Virus record (IMG/VR): IMGVR_UViG_3300033175_000001
Coordinates: 13,325 to 77,324 of that record
Origin: a virus
Lineage: Duplodnaviria; Caudoviricetes
Strand: one strand, 5' to 3'
Length of the DNA stretch: 64,000 nt
Translations under genes and position numbers: made by a program
Shown here: positions 8,101 through 15,749 of the stretch, in pieces
Layout of the letters: the number at the start of each line of letters is the position of its first letter
Position numbering within the stretch: the stretch's first letter is position 1
Notes under the pieces: model-generated
Databases searched by the model: none
What the model saw: the letters and a program-made list of their open reading frames with translations, nothing else
What the model was told of the DNA's origin: nothing

Positions 8101-9563
8101 TCCAAAGAATACCCTGAAGGAAGTTTTATCCGCCCTGTGACGGCATCTATCCCTATATAAGTACCATATTCCCAACTCGTCCAGACACCATCATCTGAAA
8201 AATCCACAGGAATAATGTCCAGCTCCCCTCGTTCATCCGGAGCCAATCCGCCGATAATGTTATCGTCCGCAGGCACACGAAGCACAGGCATTGAAGCCCC
8301 TGCTCCGTTGAGAATATCAATAACGTCATTTGATTTATACAACCCGGGAGTAGGCTTAAAATATAACTGGAAATACGCCTCTTCCATTGACCCGCTTATA
8401 TTTGAATAGATAAACGGCTGGTTCACATAAGACCCATCTGCCACATAAATATGATAATGATATGCGGCTCCCGGAGTAAAAATATCTATTTCATGTTCAA
8501 CATGGAACCATCCATCAACAGATAAATCTCCAAAGGATACCAGTCGATTAAGAATCTCAGTATCCGTATCATCATGAATTATTACCCTCAACTGGGCAAA
8601 TCCTGATCCAACAGTATGACATTTAAACCGTGACCATTTATGCGTAGTCGAATTCAATCCCACCGGAAAAGTAAACGGCATCTTATCCGCCGCCAACTCG
8701 GATAACGAAGTCTTTAGCCCCACAGAGAGGTCGGCACCCGTAACTCTAAAAGCCGCTTTCCTGCTCGTTGCATATTCCTGGTCAATATCGAACCGTGAAA
8801 GGATTGACCCATCCTCTTTACAAAAGAAAGTATATGTGTCCACCAACGGTTCAGAAATAAGTTTCCCTCTACGCGAATCCATCTGATGAATACTGCTAAA
8901 ACCACCTCGGAACTTAAATACCCGGCTTATTATACCAGATATTGAATTTAACTTATCCTGAACTGACTGAGACAGCCAGCTTTCGATAATAGACTTCTCC
9001 TCTATAGATATGTTCCCAAAATTAAAATACGATACCGGAGACCTTGACCCGACATCCACAGAAATAATATTTCCAGAAACGACCATGAAACTACCCACAC
9101 ATAGCTCCGTATCCAGCGTAGGCACACTCTGATCCACAAAAAGCTCAAGCGCATCAATGGTCTCCCAATAATATGTTTCTGAAACGAATACCTTCTGCCT
9201 TTGTGAACCGTAATCACTCTCCGCATATTTATATTTTACGTAGTACGTCCCATCGCCTGCAGAAATATCAGGAGTATAGTTCGGAATAACTGCTCGGTAC
9301 ACCGGCCTGAGTATTCCCTTCTCATCAAATACAAATCCTTTAACTTCCGGAATAGAAATCTGAGTACCTGACACCAGGGCAAGATTCGATACGCCATAAA
9401 ATAAACTTGGTACATTCTTTACCAGGTCATTTATTAAATCTCCGAGCTTACCATCCAGGTAATCCATATCCTGAATATAATCTTCCGGAAACTGTTGATC
9501 TTTATCTTTTAACGGAATAAGTCCATTAAGTTTCAGAGTGGTTCGTTGCCTATTCTGTGGCAT
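5151..9563 (-). CDS. tail fibre / receptor-binding protein with ~35-aa repeats, a spherulin-4 (GH135) domain and a Gly-rich tip
   Basis: 1470 aa directly after the baseplate genes; repeats F-x-x-L-x-D-x-P-x-x-Y-x-G...GLEF; LIPMYIYP, ILNPASGPG, LGYIATGY, GIDGIFLDEM; Gly-rich end closing NGVIRIYW. Confidence 0.9.
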   Translation of the reverse strand: MPQNRQRTTLKLNGLIPLKDKDQQFPEDYIQDMDYLDGKLGDLINDLVKNVPSLFYGVSNLALVSGTQISIPEVKGFVFDEKGILRPVYRAVIPNYTPDISAGDGTYYVKYKYAESDYGSQRQKVFVSETYYWETIDALELFVDQSVPTLDTELCVGSFMVVSGNIISVDVGSRSPVSYFNFGNISIEEKSIIESWLSQSVQDKLNSISGIISRVFKFRGGFSSIHQMDSRRGKLISEPLVDTYTFFCKEDGSILSRFDIDQEYATSRKAAFRVTGADLSVGLKTSLSELAADKMPFTFPVGLNSTTHKWSRFKCHTVGSGFAQLRVIIHDDTDTEILNRLVSFGDLSVDGWFHVEHEIDIFTPGAAYHYHIYVADGSYVNQPFIYSNISGSMEEAYFQLYFKPTPGLYKSNDVIDILNGAGASMPVLRVPADDNIIGGLAPDERGELDIIPVDFSDDGVWTSWEYGTYIGIDAVTGRIKLPSGYSLDDWGFANFNFKMPIDKISDKFVPRYNNSTRSLRDFLDVFGFLNLVDAPSSYTGEAGKMVVVKMDETGIEFADVPDHFTELQDVPASYTGHANKVVKVKATEDGLEFGDPETDVFTDLEDVPSSYSGQGGKKVNVKAAEDGLEFRDNDFLDMEDTPSDYTGQAGKAVMVKPGEDGLEFGDMAAAFTELTDAPASYSGKGLQEVRVKSDESGLEFHDKANEVDFLNKDLNKNTGMLIPMYIYPNDLRVNDTWDTTTTPYGELIKAMRKYPKVPVMAILNPASGPGTVTDGNYTVAITLLQGAKGKTLGYIATGYSGVGEKSVVDIKAEMDTWLSLYPGIDGIFLDEMPNDGNRVADFQEIKAYGHSKGLFPIIGNPGTQLPQAYLDGECCDIYVTAEGASYPTEHTLFGDTWAGTPRDYNLERFAGLVYGQASLDATSIKMMKKYLGNIYVTDDDAPNPWDTLPAYIEELFNILALDIEEEDTFAGLLDTPDTYSAQGGKIVKVKGDESGLEFGDAAPGNFTGLSDTPSSYVGEGERLVKVSGSEDEVVFGPKVSTDGSLGDNSDDNIPTERAVKTYVNSFLGSVDIDVSTGDVVLSPEEAANGTIVLIGEVDGPRNVTFPLEVKNWNVVNNTTTPGGVWDYYITIKGATGASFKIRAGSGLTYTAACNGVDFTCPEGQNGHHDMFASGSFTFTEVGRHFGFLLIGGGGAGGSGGPGQSTSTNCTGGGGAGGGAGVKYLRIPSFGIGIGTLINIVIGAGGTSTGVYAPSYPRTCRSYAGGKTYVVEDTTSVPTGGAGGGAGGGAGKYDADYYTDYNYGGGGGGGAQAAPSAAETAGYTTEPSGGGNAFFGGVGMPGAGSNGNPVPNDTPGGGTYVGGLRGQEGLAGVQDSADGADGGGVNGGKGGKRGIYGGNGGNGGNGGASPWDASVAIGGAGSASAGSPGAVGGVGANGGGGAGAGGCKATSGWVNGAAGGAGGNGVIRIYW
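6460..7985 (-). repeat. seven degenerate ~35-aa coding repeats in the fibre (five at ~7460-7985, two at ~6460-6665) flanking the GH135 domain
   Basis: e.g. FTELQDVPASYTGHANKVVKVKATEDGLEFGD, FTDLEDVPSSYSGQGGKKVNVKAAEDGLEFRD, FTELTDAPASYSGKGLQEVRVKSDESGLEFHD, FAGLLDTPDTYSAQGGKIVKVKGDESGLEFGD. Confidence 0.9.
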
Positions 9564-9574
9564 GTCACAACCTC

Positions 9575-10222
9575 CTAATAAATTTGCCTATATTCATACC
9601 AGCCCGCTCCAGATAAATCTCCTATAAAATACCTGAAGAACGCCGCACCTGCATATTCAATAATCCGGGTAATCTTTCTTATCACCATTGGACTTAACCC
9701 TGCAAGTTTAAGGTTTATATATATCTCCCCTCTTTGCTGAAGGTTCCTATCAGGAGAGTTCTTTGAACGCCATGTCATTCCCCCACCCTCTAAAAGCTCC
9801 TTTGATCCCCACTTCATAAAATCGTAAGGAGGTGGAATTGGGTTATTCTTACTTTCCCAAATATCATACGCCTCAAATGGAGGTATGATCTGCGGTCTTA
9901 CTCCCGTAACTTCTTCTATCAAATCAAGTATTGATCCTTCCTGCCCCTTCACTTTATGCCTTGAAGTTGCTGTCCAAATCTTCTTACGCTTGATTATACT
10001 TTCTTCTCCATATTCCGCTCTGCCATGGATAGCAAAAGACACAAAAGGAAGAAACTCATCTGGACACTTATCCTCATCCCAGAAATCCTTCATCCCGAGA
10101 ACAGCATTCCTCAAATCCTCATCGATACCGTCCATTATTACGGCAAGTTCAGCCCACCCTGCATCCCCGGAATTCTGGATAGAATCTGGAAATTCACTGA
10201 AGAATGGATCGTAAATTCCCAT
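9575..10222 (-). CDS. baseplate wedge protein (P2 gpI-like)
   Basis: WDEDKCPDEFLPFV motif, HKVKGQ, position between baseplate J and fibre. Confidence 0.7.
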   Translation of the reverse strand: MGIYDPFFSEFPDSIQNSGDAGWAELAVIMDGIDEDLRNAVLGMKDFWDEDKCPDEFLPFVSFAIHGRAEYGEESIIKRKKIWTATSRHKVKGQEGSILDLIEEVTGVRPQIIPPFEAYDIWESKNNPIPPPYDFMKWGSKELLEGGGMTWRSKNSPDRNLQQRGEIYINLKLAGLSPMVIRKITRIIEYAGAAFFRYFIGDLSGAGWYEYRQIY

Positions 10223-11859
10223 TATTCAACCTCACAGAAACATGAAGTATGCAATGCGACTCCTGATGAAGACGATGGAGCAAATAACACTCCAGCAGAA
10301 ACACTGCTTCCTACAGCTATGCCATCATTTACAATACGTTCAGGTTTATCCGCTTCCATAAATGATAAAGTACCCGCTGAAGAAATCTTATTCAAATCAA
10401 TGGCCTGTATATTTGCAGGAGCCACTACGATAATCTCATCAATCCCGTCCACCTGATCCGTCAAAGAATAGAATTCATTTGAGAATATATCCTTACTCCA
10501 CGCCCGCACTTCCGACTCATTTATCATGTTTTTTATTATTCGGCAAACTACATCATCACTTGAATCGAACGAAAAACTCCACAGAGAATTTATATAATCC
10601 ACAGTATTAGCAATTCCCTCTGAAAGAAGCGCCTCTTTAAGCTCTGCAGTACACTCACCTACAACCAACCTGGCCGCCAACTGAGCATAAGGCAGCACCT
10701 CAGCATAAGTATATCCTTCCTCTGGAAGAATCTCTATAATGACATCCACCGGCTGATAGTCCGCCGTATCTACCTGAACAAATATTGAAGAAAGGAGCGT
10801 CTTGCCCTTTAGATAATCAGTCAGATTACTCTTTAATGACTCGCTCGCAGCCCCGCCACCATTTGGCACGATCTGGACTCTTACAGAAAGAAGACCGTAA
10901 TAATTCGGCTGAACAAAAGCCCTCGCAACTCCCGGATACTTCATTGACATTGCCCAAAAGTCATCTGACGAAACACACCTATCCTGAGCGGCTACAAGCA
11001 GCGGAGCAAGTGTCTTTATTCTATCGATACTTTCTTCCCCTGCCCCTCCGGAAGTTCTCGCAGGGTTTGTTACTTCCTTAACATAAGCATCCTGACCAGT
11101 ATATACTGAAATCTTGCCAGCAGATAAATTCCCTCTCGTTCCGCCTCCATACCATGCAGTCAATATGGCTTCAAAGCCAGCAGGGAATTTCTGCCCATAG
11201 ACACCATTCCCACCTCGGACCTTTACAGTCTTATCATACAGATATAATACTCTAAAGTGCCTATCGAGATTACCACTATCAAAGAAATGCTCAACCTCTT
11301 CCCAAATTTCTCCATTTATAGTCATGGACGCAGATCCAATGACCATACTCTCCCTCGGAACTATGACCTCTTCAAACTCACTTCCTACCAAAACTGCCGG
11401 AAGAGTGTCTGAATACTGCGCCCCTTCCATTACCGGGATATTCTCAACCAAAGAATTGAAAGTGTGATCTGCCAATGCTGAAAACCTTACCGGATTCCCA
11501 CCAACAGCAACCTGAGTTTGAAATACCAAATCTGCTTTAGATATTGTATGCGGTAAAGTTACCGACGGTAAAAGCGTTACCTGAATTTCCCCTGTGGCAC
11601 ATGAGGGTGTCGAAGGAGTATAATCAAGATACCTTGCAAAATCATACACCGCCTGCTTGGTATACATTGAGTGAAACATATTATTATTAGCTCTGGCATC
11701 AATATAACTTGCCAATATATCCGCCCTGGCTGCTAAAAGAACCTTCACCCATTCCGGCTTATCCGCAAATAACTCATGCGAATTTATGGCGTTCATCCAC
11801 TCCATGAACGTCAAAGTCTTATAATTAAATGGCTGTAATTTTATATCGCTATCAGACAT
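10222..11859 (-). CDS. baseplate J / T4 gp6-like wedge protein
   Basis: FARYLDYTP, V.FGNG..G-like RGGNGVYG, GGAGEESIDRIK, QDRCVSSDDF. Confidence 0.9.
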   Translation of the reverse strand: MSDSDIKLQPFNYKTLTFMEWMNAINSHELFADKPEWVKVLLAARADILASYIDARANNNMFHSMYTKQAVYDFARYLDYTPSTPSCATGEIQVTLLPSVTLPHTISKADLVFQTQVAVGGNPVRFSALADHTFNSLVENIPVMEGAQYSDTLPAVLVGSEFEEVIVPRESMVIGSASMTINGEIWEEVEHFFDSGNLDRHFRVLYLYDKTVKVRGGNGVYGQKFPAGFEAILTAWYGGGTRGNLSAGKISVYTGQDAYVKEVTNPARTSGGAGEESIDRIKTLAPLLVAAQDRCVSSDDFWAMSMKYPGVARAFVQPNYYGLLSVRVQIVPNGGGAASESLKSNLTDYLKGKTLLSSIFVQVDTADYQPVDVIIEILPEEGYTYAEVLPYAQLAARLVVGECTAELKEALLSEGIANTVDYINSLWSFSFDSSDDVVCRIIKNMINESEVRAWSKDIFSNEFYSLTDQVDGIDEIIVVAPANIQAIDLNKISSAGTLSFMEADKPERIVNDGIAVGSSVSAGVLFAPSSSSGVALHTSCFCEVE

Positions 11860-11860
11860 A

Positions 11861-12262
11861 TCATCCTCCCACGCTCGGGATATTCACTACCACATTATTT
11901 AACGCCTCAACTGAGGGATTCTGCATGGGGACGAATACCACCAAAATTTGAACACTATTGCCCTGACGTTTTATCGCTACCATATCTGACCCTACGATAG
12001 CTCGCAGTTCTGTAGGGCATGACATATTATATTCTCCAACAGATTGCACAATCTGGGATTTATAAATAATATCCTCAAGCTCGCTATTTGCTTCATTCTC
12101 AAATTTATTAAGGAGCCCTCCCGAATTTCTCGAAAAAAGCCCCTCACCAATTTTAGTCTGCAAATAATTAAATAAGTCCCTTTTTATCTTCAATGATATC
12201 GACAAGTCATCATTATTGAAGAAATTATCCAGGGAATTTAATTGTTCAATTTCAGAAGCCAT
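11861..12262 (-). CDS. baseplate wedge gp25/gpW-like protein
   Basis: Size, position and LQTKIGEGLFSRNSGG pattern. Confidence 0.65.
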   Translation of the reverse strand: MASEIEQLNSLDNFFNNDDLSISLKIKRDLFNYLQTKIGEGLFSRNSGGLLNKFENEANSELEDIIYKSQIVQSVGEYNMSCPTELRAIVGSDMVAIKRQGNSVQILVVFVPMQNPSVEALNNVVVNIPSVGG

Positions 12263-12270
12263 ATATTCTC

Positions 12271-12483
12271 CTACGGTGATGTCAAACTTCCGGGAGGTAT
12301 TGGTAAAGGCCCTCCAGGAGTCCCCGACCCTGTAACTCCAGTAATACCGGCAATCCGGGCATCTACATAAGCATCAATCGCAGCAGCAAGCTCAGACGCC
12401 TTCTTTGATGCAGACTCAGTTTGCCCGATATTTGAAAGTATTGAAACCAACTGACTCTCAAGTAATGATTTCTTTGAACTCAT
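12271..12483 (-). CDS. small baseplate-associated protein (possible spike tip)
   Basis: 70 aa between spike and gp25-like genes; GVTGSGTPGGP tail. Confidence 0.45.
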   Translation of the reverse strand: MSSKKSLLESQLVSILSNIGQTESASKKASELAAAIDAYVDARIAGITGVTGSGTPGGPLPIPPGSLTSP

Positions 12484-12490
12484 CGCTACC

Positions 12491-13216
12491 TCAATTATTC
12501 TTATTTACAATACTCAGTAAATTACCTGGCACCGCATACTCACTTTTCTTCGCTGAAATATTAGCTTTCTTTCCAGCTATGGCTGACTTATCCGCCGCTC
12601 TATTTGTTGGCGTAGGAGGCAATGCTGGACTTGTTGGCCCCATAGGAGCCGTATGCTTATGCTTCATTAAATCATCGTCCAGCTTTTCCAGCCTCTCATA
12701 AATATCTTTTATATATGAATCCAAAATATAGTCAATCAAAGATTTGAGCTTCTCTCCCAAAACCATCTTTTCTATTGCTGCCGCTGACCCTGCTGGTGAC
12801 TTACTCTCTATCGTAAACCCTCCTAAAGCGTCATCACACATTAGGCTACTTCCAAAAGTTGCCGCCTGCATTAAGATATACTTATTCTGTATAGGCATTG
12901 TTTCAATCATATCTGACTGTATTTCAGAAAGATATTTGGGCTGATTCACGTCCGCATCTTTAAAAAATAAAATTACATTATCGTCCATCTTAGGCTGAAG
13001 AAATGACCGTGGATTCCCTACCGGCATTGCCCATATATACGATAAAGGGTCTTTCGCCAAAAGCTCCTGACATTCCAGCGCAACTTTGCCCTCCGACATC
13101 ACATCTGCCACCACTTTTACTTTAGCAGAGTAAGTCCGATAATATTTTAACTGATCCTTTATCTTATCAACAAGGACATCTAAAAATAGCCCGAATTCAG
13201 ACTCGTCTACCATCAT
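12491..13216 (-). CDS. baseplate central spike (gpV/gp5-like)
   Basis: OB-fold-like N-terminus (QPKMDDNVILFFKDADVNQP) and C-terminal KHKHTAPMGPTSP motif. Confidence 0.75.
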   Translation of the reverse strand: MMVDESEFGLFLDVLVDKIKDQLKYYRTYSAKVKVVADVMSEGKVALECQELLAKDPLSYIWAMPVGNPRSFLQPKMDDNVILFFKDADVNQPKYLSEIQSDMIETMPIQNKYILMQAATFGSSLMCDDALGGFTIESKSPAGSAAAIEKMVLGEKLKSLIDYILDSYIKDIYERLEKLDDDLMKHKHTAPMGPTSPALPPTPTNRAADKSAIAGKKANISAKKSEYAVPGNLLSIVNKNN

Positions 13217-14565
13217 CTCTTCAAAACCCCTTTTGTTTTAAGTCCATCTGGTCCAAATGAATGCGTCACCTGGGCCACCCTCCAATACAACATTCCAGTA
13301 GTATGCGGCACAAATCTGGAAGTTCCTCCAGAAACAACATCCCTTCCTATCGATAACTGAGAAGATTTATACCTTGAATATACATCCCCTCCAAGATCGA
13401 CAGGCATATTCGGCTCAAGAAAAGGATCACCTCTTACAAGCTCAAAATCACACTTAAACCCTCCTGCGCCCAAACCCGATCTATCCTGTGAATCAGGTGC
13501 TACAGGAGTTCCAAACCTCTGCACGGTCTTCTTTGTAAAAAAAGCTGCGTGCATTGCTGGAATAGGCATTGAGAACGCCATCCTATAAAAGTCATCCATA
13601 TTTGAGTTAGGATGTTCCCTTATCCATTTATCAACTTTACTTTGATCCAGCTCCCAGTTTGCCGGATCATGCTCATCCACAACTCCTACAACAGCCGAAT
13701 CTACTGTTTCCATCTCTCCGGTATCAGTACGCCGTAACACCCCTCCTTTATTGCCTCTTGAAGATGCTTCCCCGCTAAATTTCAACGAAGCAACATTTTT
13801 CAGTCCGTCCCGCCAATCCATTTTATAGACTGGCATTATATTCCTATCCGGCTGTAAAGCTCCTATAAGCAAATCGCCATCTGAAGAATCATCTACAAAA
13901 AAGAAAGTGAGCCTGTTTATTGCTGCTACAGGGCGAACATCAAAAGTACATCCCCAATCATTCGCCAGCTTATATAAAAATTCGAGGTCAGTCATATTGA
14001 CCTGCCTCAAACCTGTTTCAACCTGAGCCATGGTCTCAAATAAAACCGTACCGGGAGCAAATGAAGTTGCCAAGTACGGAGCCATAATCATTTGAATTAT
14101 AGCCATTCTCGGCATAGGTAAAAAATTCCTCGTCTTCTTCTCATACCTCAATTTATCCGTCGTATCCCTGGCGGGTATTTCAAGTTCTATTACGCCCTCT
14201 TCACTAAAACTTACGGTTGGCCTCTGAATAACTCCGATAAAGCATAACTTTGCCGTAGGTTCGATTGAAATACTCTTTGCCGAAGAAGCATAGCCCAGTT
14301 TTATGTAACACGGTACTCCTGCATGAATACCTCTATCCATGAGCCCAAAATTATCTACAACCTTAATCTGAGCAGTATTAGGTTTCCTACCTTCGAGTCT
14401 TACCTCTACTGACGTAAAAAATCTTCTTGCCGTCACATCATCAGAAAAAATACCCAATTTCTGAAGAGAATCCCCCACCAAAGAAGGCGCACCTGATCTT
14501 GACCCTATCCAAACCTGGCAGTAGGGCAACCATGTTCCTTCAGTAAATGAAGACCAAAACGCCAT
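13213..14565 (-). CDS. baseplate hub / late control gene D-like protein
   Basis: RQVNMTDLEFLYKLANDWG, GDPFLEP, WRVAQVTHSFGPDGLKT. Confidence 0.8.
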   Translation of the reverse strand: MAFWSSFTEGTWLPYCQVWIGSRSGAPSLVGDSLQKLGIFSDDVTARRFFTSVEVRLEGRKPNTAQIKVVDNFGLMDRGIHAGVPCYIKLGYASSAKSISIEPTAKLCFIGVIQRPTVSFSEEGVIELEIPARDTTDKLRYEKKTRNFLPMPRMAIIQMIMAPYLATSFAPGTVLFETMAQVETGLRQVNMTDLEFLYKLANDWGCTFDVRPVAAINRLTFFFVDDSSDGDLLIGALQPDRNIMPVYKMDWRDGLKNVASLKFSGEASSRGNKGGVLRRTDTGEMETVDSAVVGVVDEHDPANWELDQSKVDKWIREHPNSNMDDFYRMAFSMPIPAMHAAFFTKKTVQRFGTPVAPDSQDRSGLGAGGFKCDFELVRGDPFLEPNMPVDLGGDVYSRYKSSQLSIGRDVVSGGTSRFVPHTTGMLYWRVAQVTHSFGPDGLKTKGVLKR

Positions 14566-14837
14566 TATAACCTCGGTGGTATAGATACATTCGTAAAAGC
14601 CCGCTCATTGAAATCCTCAACAAGCATCCTTTCAATATTCTGCTCCCTCAATCGGTATGACATAATCTCCGATCTCGGTCCCCATATAGAAACAGCAAAA
14701 TCATCCAACTCCCTCTCCTTCTCTTTCGCCTGGTTAACCGTCGAAGTATAAACTTCCGCCGGCCTGCAGCCATGGAGAGCCTTCTTTTCGCCATTACTAT
14801 TTACAAATACTACTTCCTTTAACTGCCTGTACCTCAT
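14565..14837 (-). CDS. tail protein X / LysM-like baseplate protein
   Basis: 90 aa, conserved position before the hub gene. Confidence 0.4.
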   Translation of the reverse strand: MRYRQLKEVVFVNSNGEKKALHGCRPAEVYTSTVNQAKEKERELDDFAVSIWGPRSEIMSYRLREQNIERMLVEDFNERAFTNVSIPPRL

Positions 14838-15427
14838 TAGTATGGCCTCTCTTCTAAAAACGACATTACTACGTTATAAACGGCTTCTGCCATCCCAACA
14901 TACATCATTACCATTCGCGCAATCTTCTCTGCCTTATAAAGAATTGAATCCTCATCCAGAATCAAGCTCATGGTTATGTCAGTAACAGTCGGATACCCCA
15001 TTTGTGTAAATGCCTTATGGCTGAAATCACACTTCTGCACAAAATATATCAACGGAATCATGTTCCCTGTACCGTACCAGAACATTACCTGTGGATTTGC
15101 ATTACTCACGTTATTAAAAAGCATGGTAAGCAAACTTTCAGCAGGAGTCCTCAGATTCTCGAACAATTTAAGTATAGGTACATTCCCCCACATCCAGTTT
15201 CTATTTGCCAATTTTATCTCAAAGTTTATCTCCTGAGCGCCCATATTGCTGAACTGTATAGGTTCAAACTCATTCCCGGGAGATTTTGTTTTTGCGTAAT
15301 TTATCGGCTTTATTGAATCCACCTGAAGAGGAACATTCGGCAAAGTTATCACGGTATAATTACCAAGATCAACCATGAACCAAGGCACCCTAAACTTCCC
15401 GAGCGGATTTTTCTTCATAAAAGGCAT
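14837..15427 (-). CDS. tail tube initiator (gpU/CIS-tube-like)
   Basis: PIQFSNMGAQEINFEI and PTVTDITMSL patterns; position after the tape measure gene. Confidence 0.6.
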   Translation of the reverse strand: MPFMKKNPLGKFRVPWFMVDLGNYTVITLPNVPLQVDSIKPINYAKTKSPGNEFEPIQFSNMGAQEINFEIKLANRNWMWGNVPILKLFENLRTPAESLLTMLFNNVSNANPQVMFWYGTGNMIPLIYFVQKCDFSHKAFTQMGYPTVTDITMSLILDEDSILYKAEKIARMVMMYVGMAEAVYNVVMSFLEERPY

Positions 15428-15434
15428 AGATACC

Positions 15435-15740
15435 TCACTTCGCTGGACTCATAACTACTGGCTCTCTCCCACTCCTACGAAAAAGAACTTTAATGTTCTC
15501 TTCCATCCTATCGATACGATCCTTCAAAAAAGAAATATCCTTTTGCATTAATGCCATCTTATCCACCATTACTTCCGTGGTCACCTGCCGGATAACTTCT
15601 TTATCCACTTTGTTCGACTTCAAATCAGATACCGCCACTTCAAGGCGTGTATAGCCAGCTATCATACCTCCAACTGTAATCAGAAGGGCTATCAGACTGA
15701 AGATATTTTTTACTACCCAACTATCCTGCTTTTGAGTCAT
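15435..15740 (-). CDS. membrane protein with coiled coil (possible holin-like)
   Basis: One N-terminal hydrophobic helix (IFSLIALLITVGGMIAGY) followed by a charged coiled coil. Confidence 0.45.
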   Translation of the reverse strand: MTQKQDSWVVKNIFSLIALLITVGGMIAGYTRLEVAVSDLKSNKVDKEVIRQVTTEVMVDKMALMQKDISFLKDRIDRMEENIKVLFRRSGREPVVMSPAK

Positions 15741-15749
15741 ACTTCCTCC

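Noticed and set aside
5151-9563. Diversity-generating retroelement target in the fibre
   Set aside because: No reverse transcriptase and no template/variable repeat pair differing at adenines were seen in the window.
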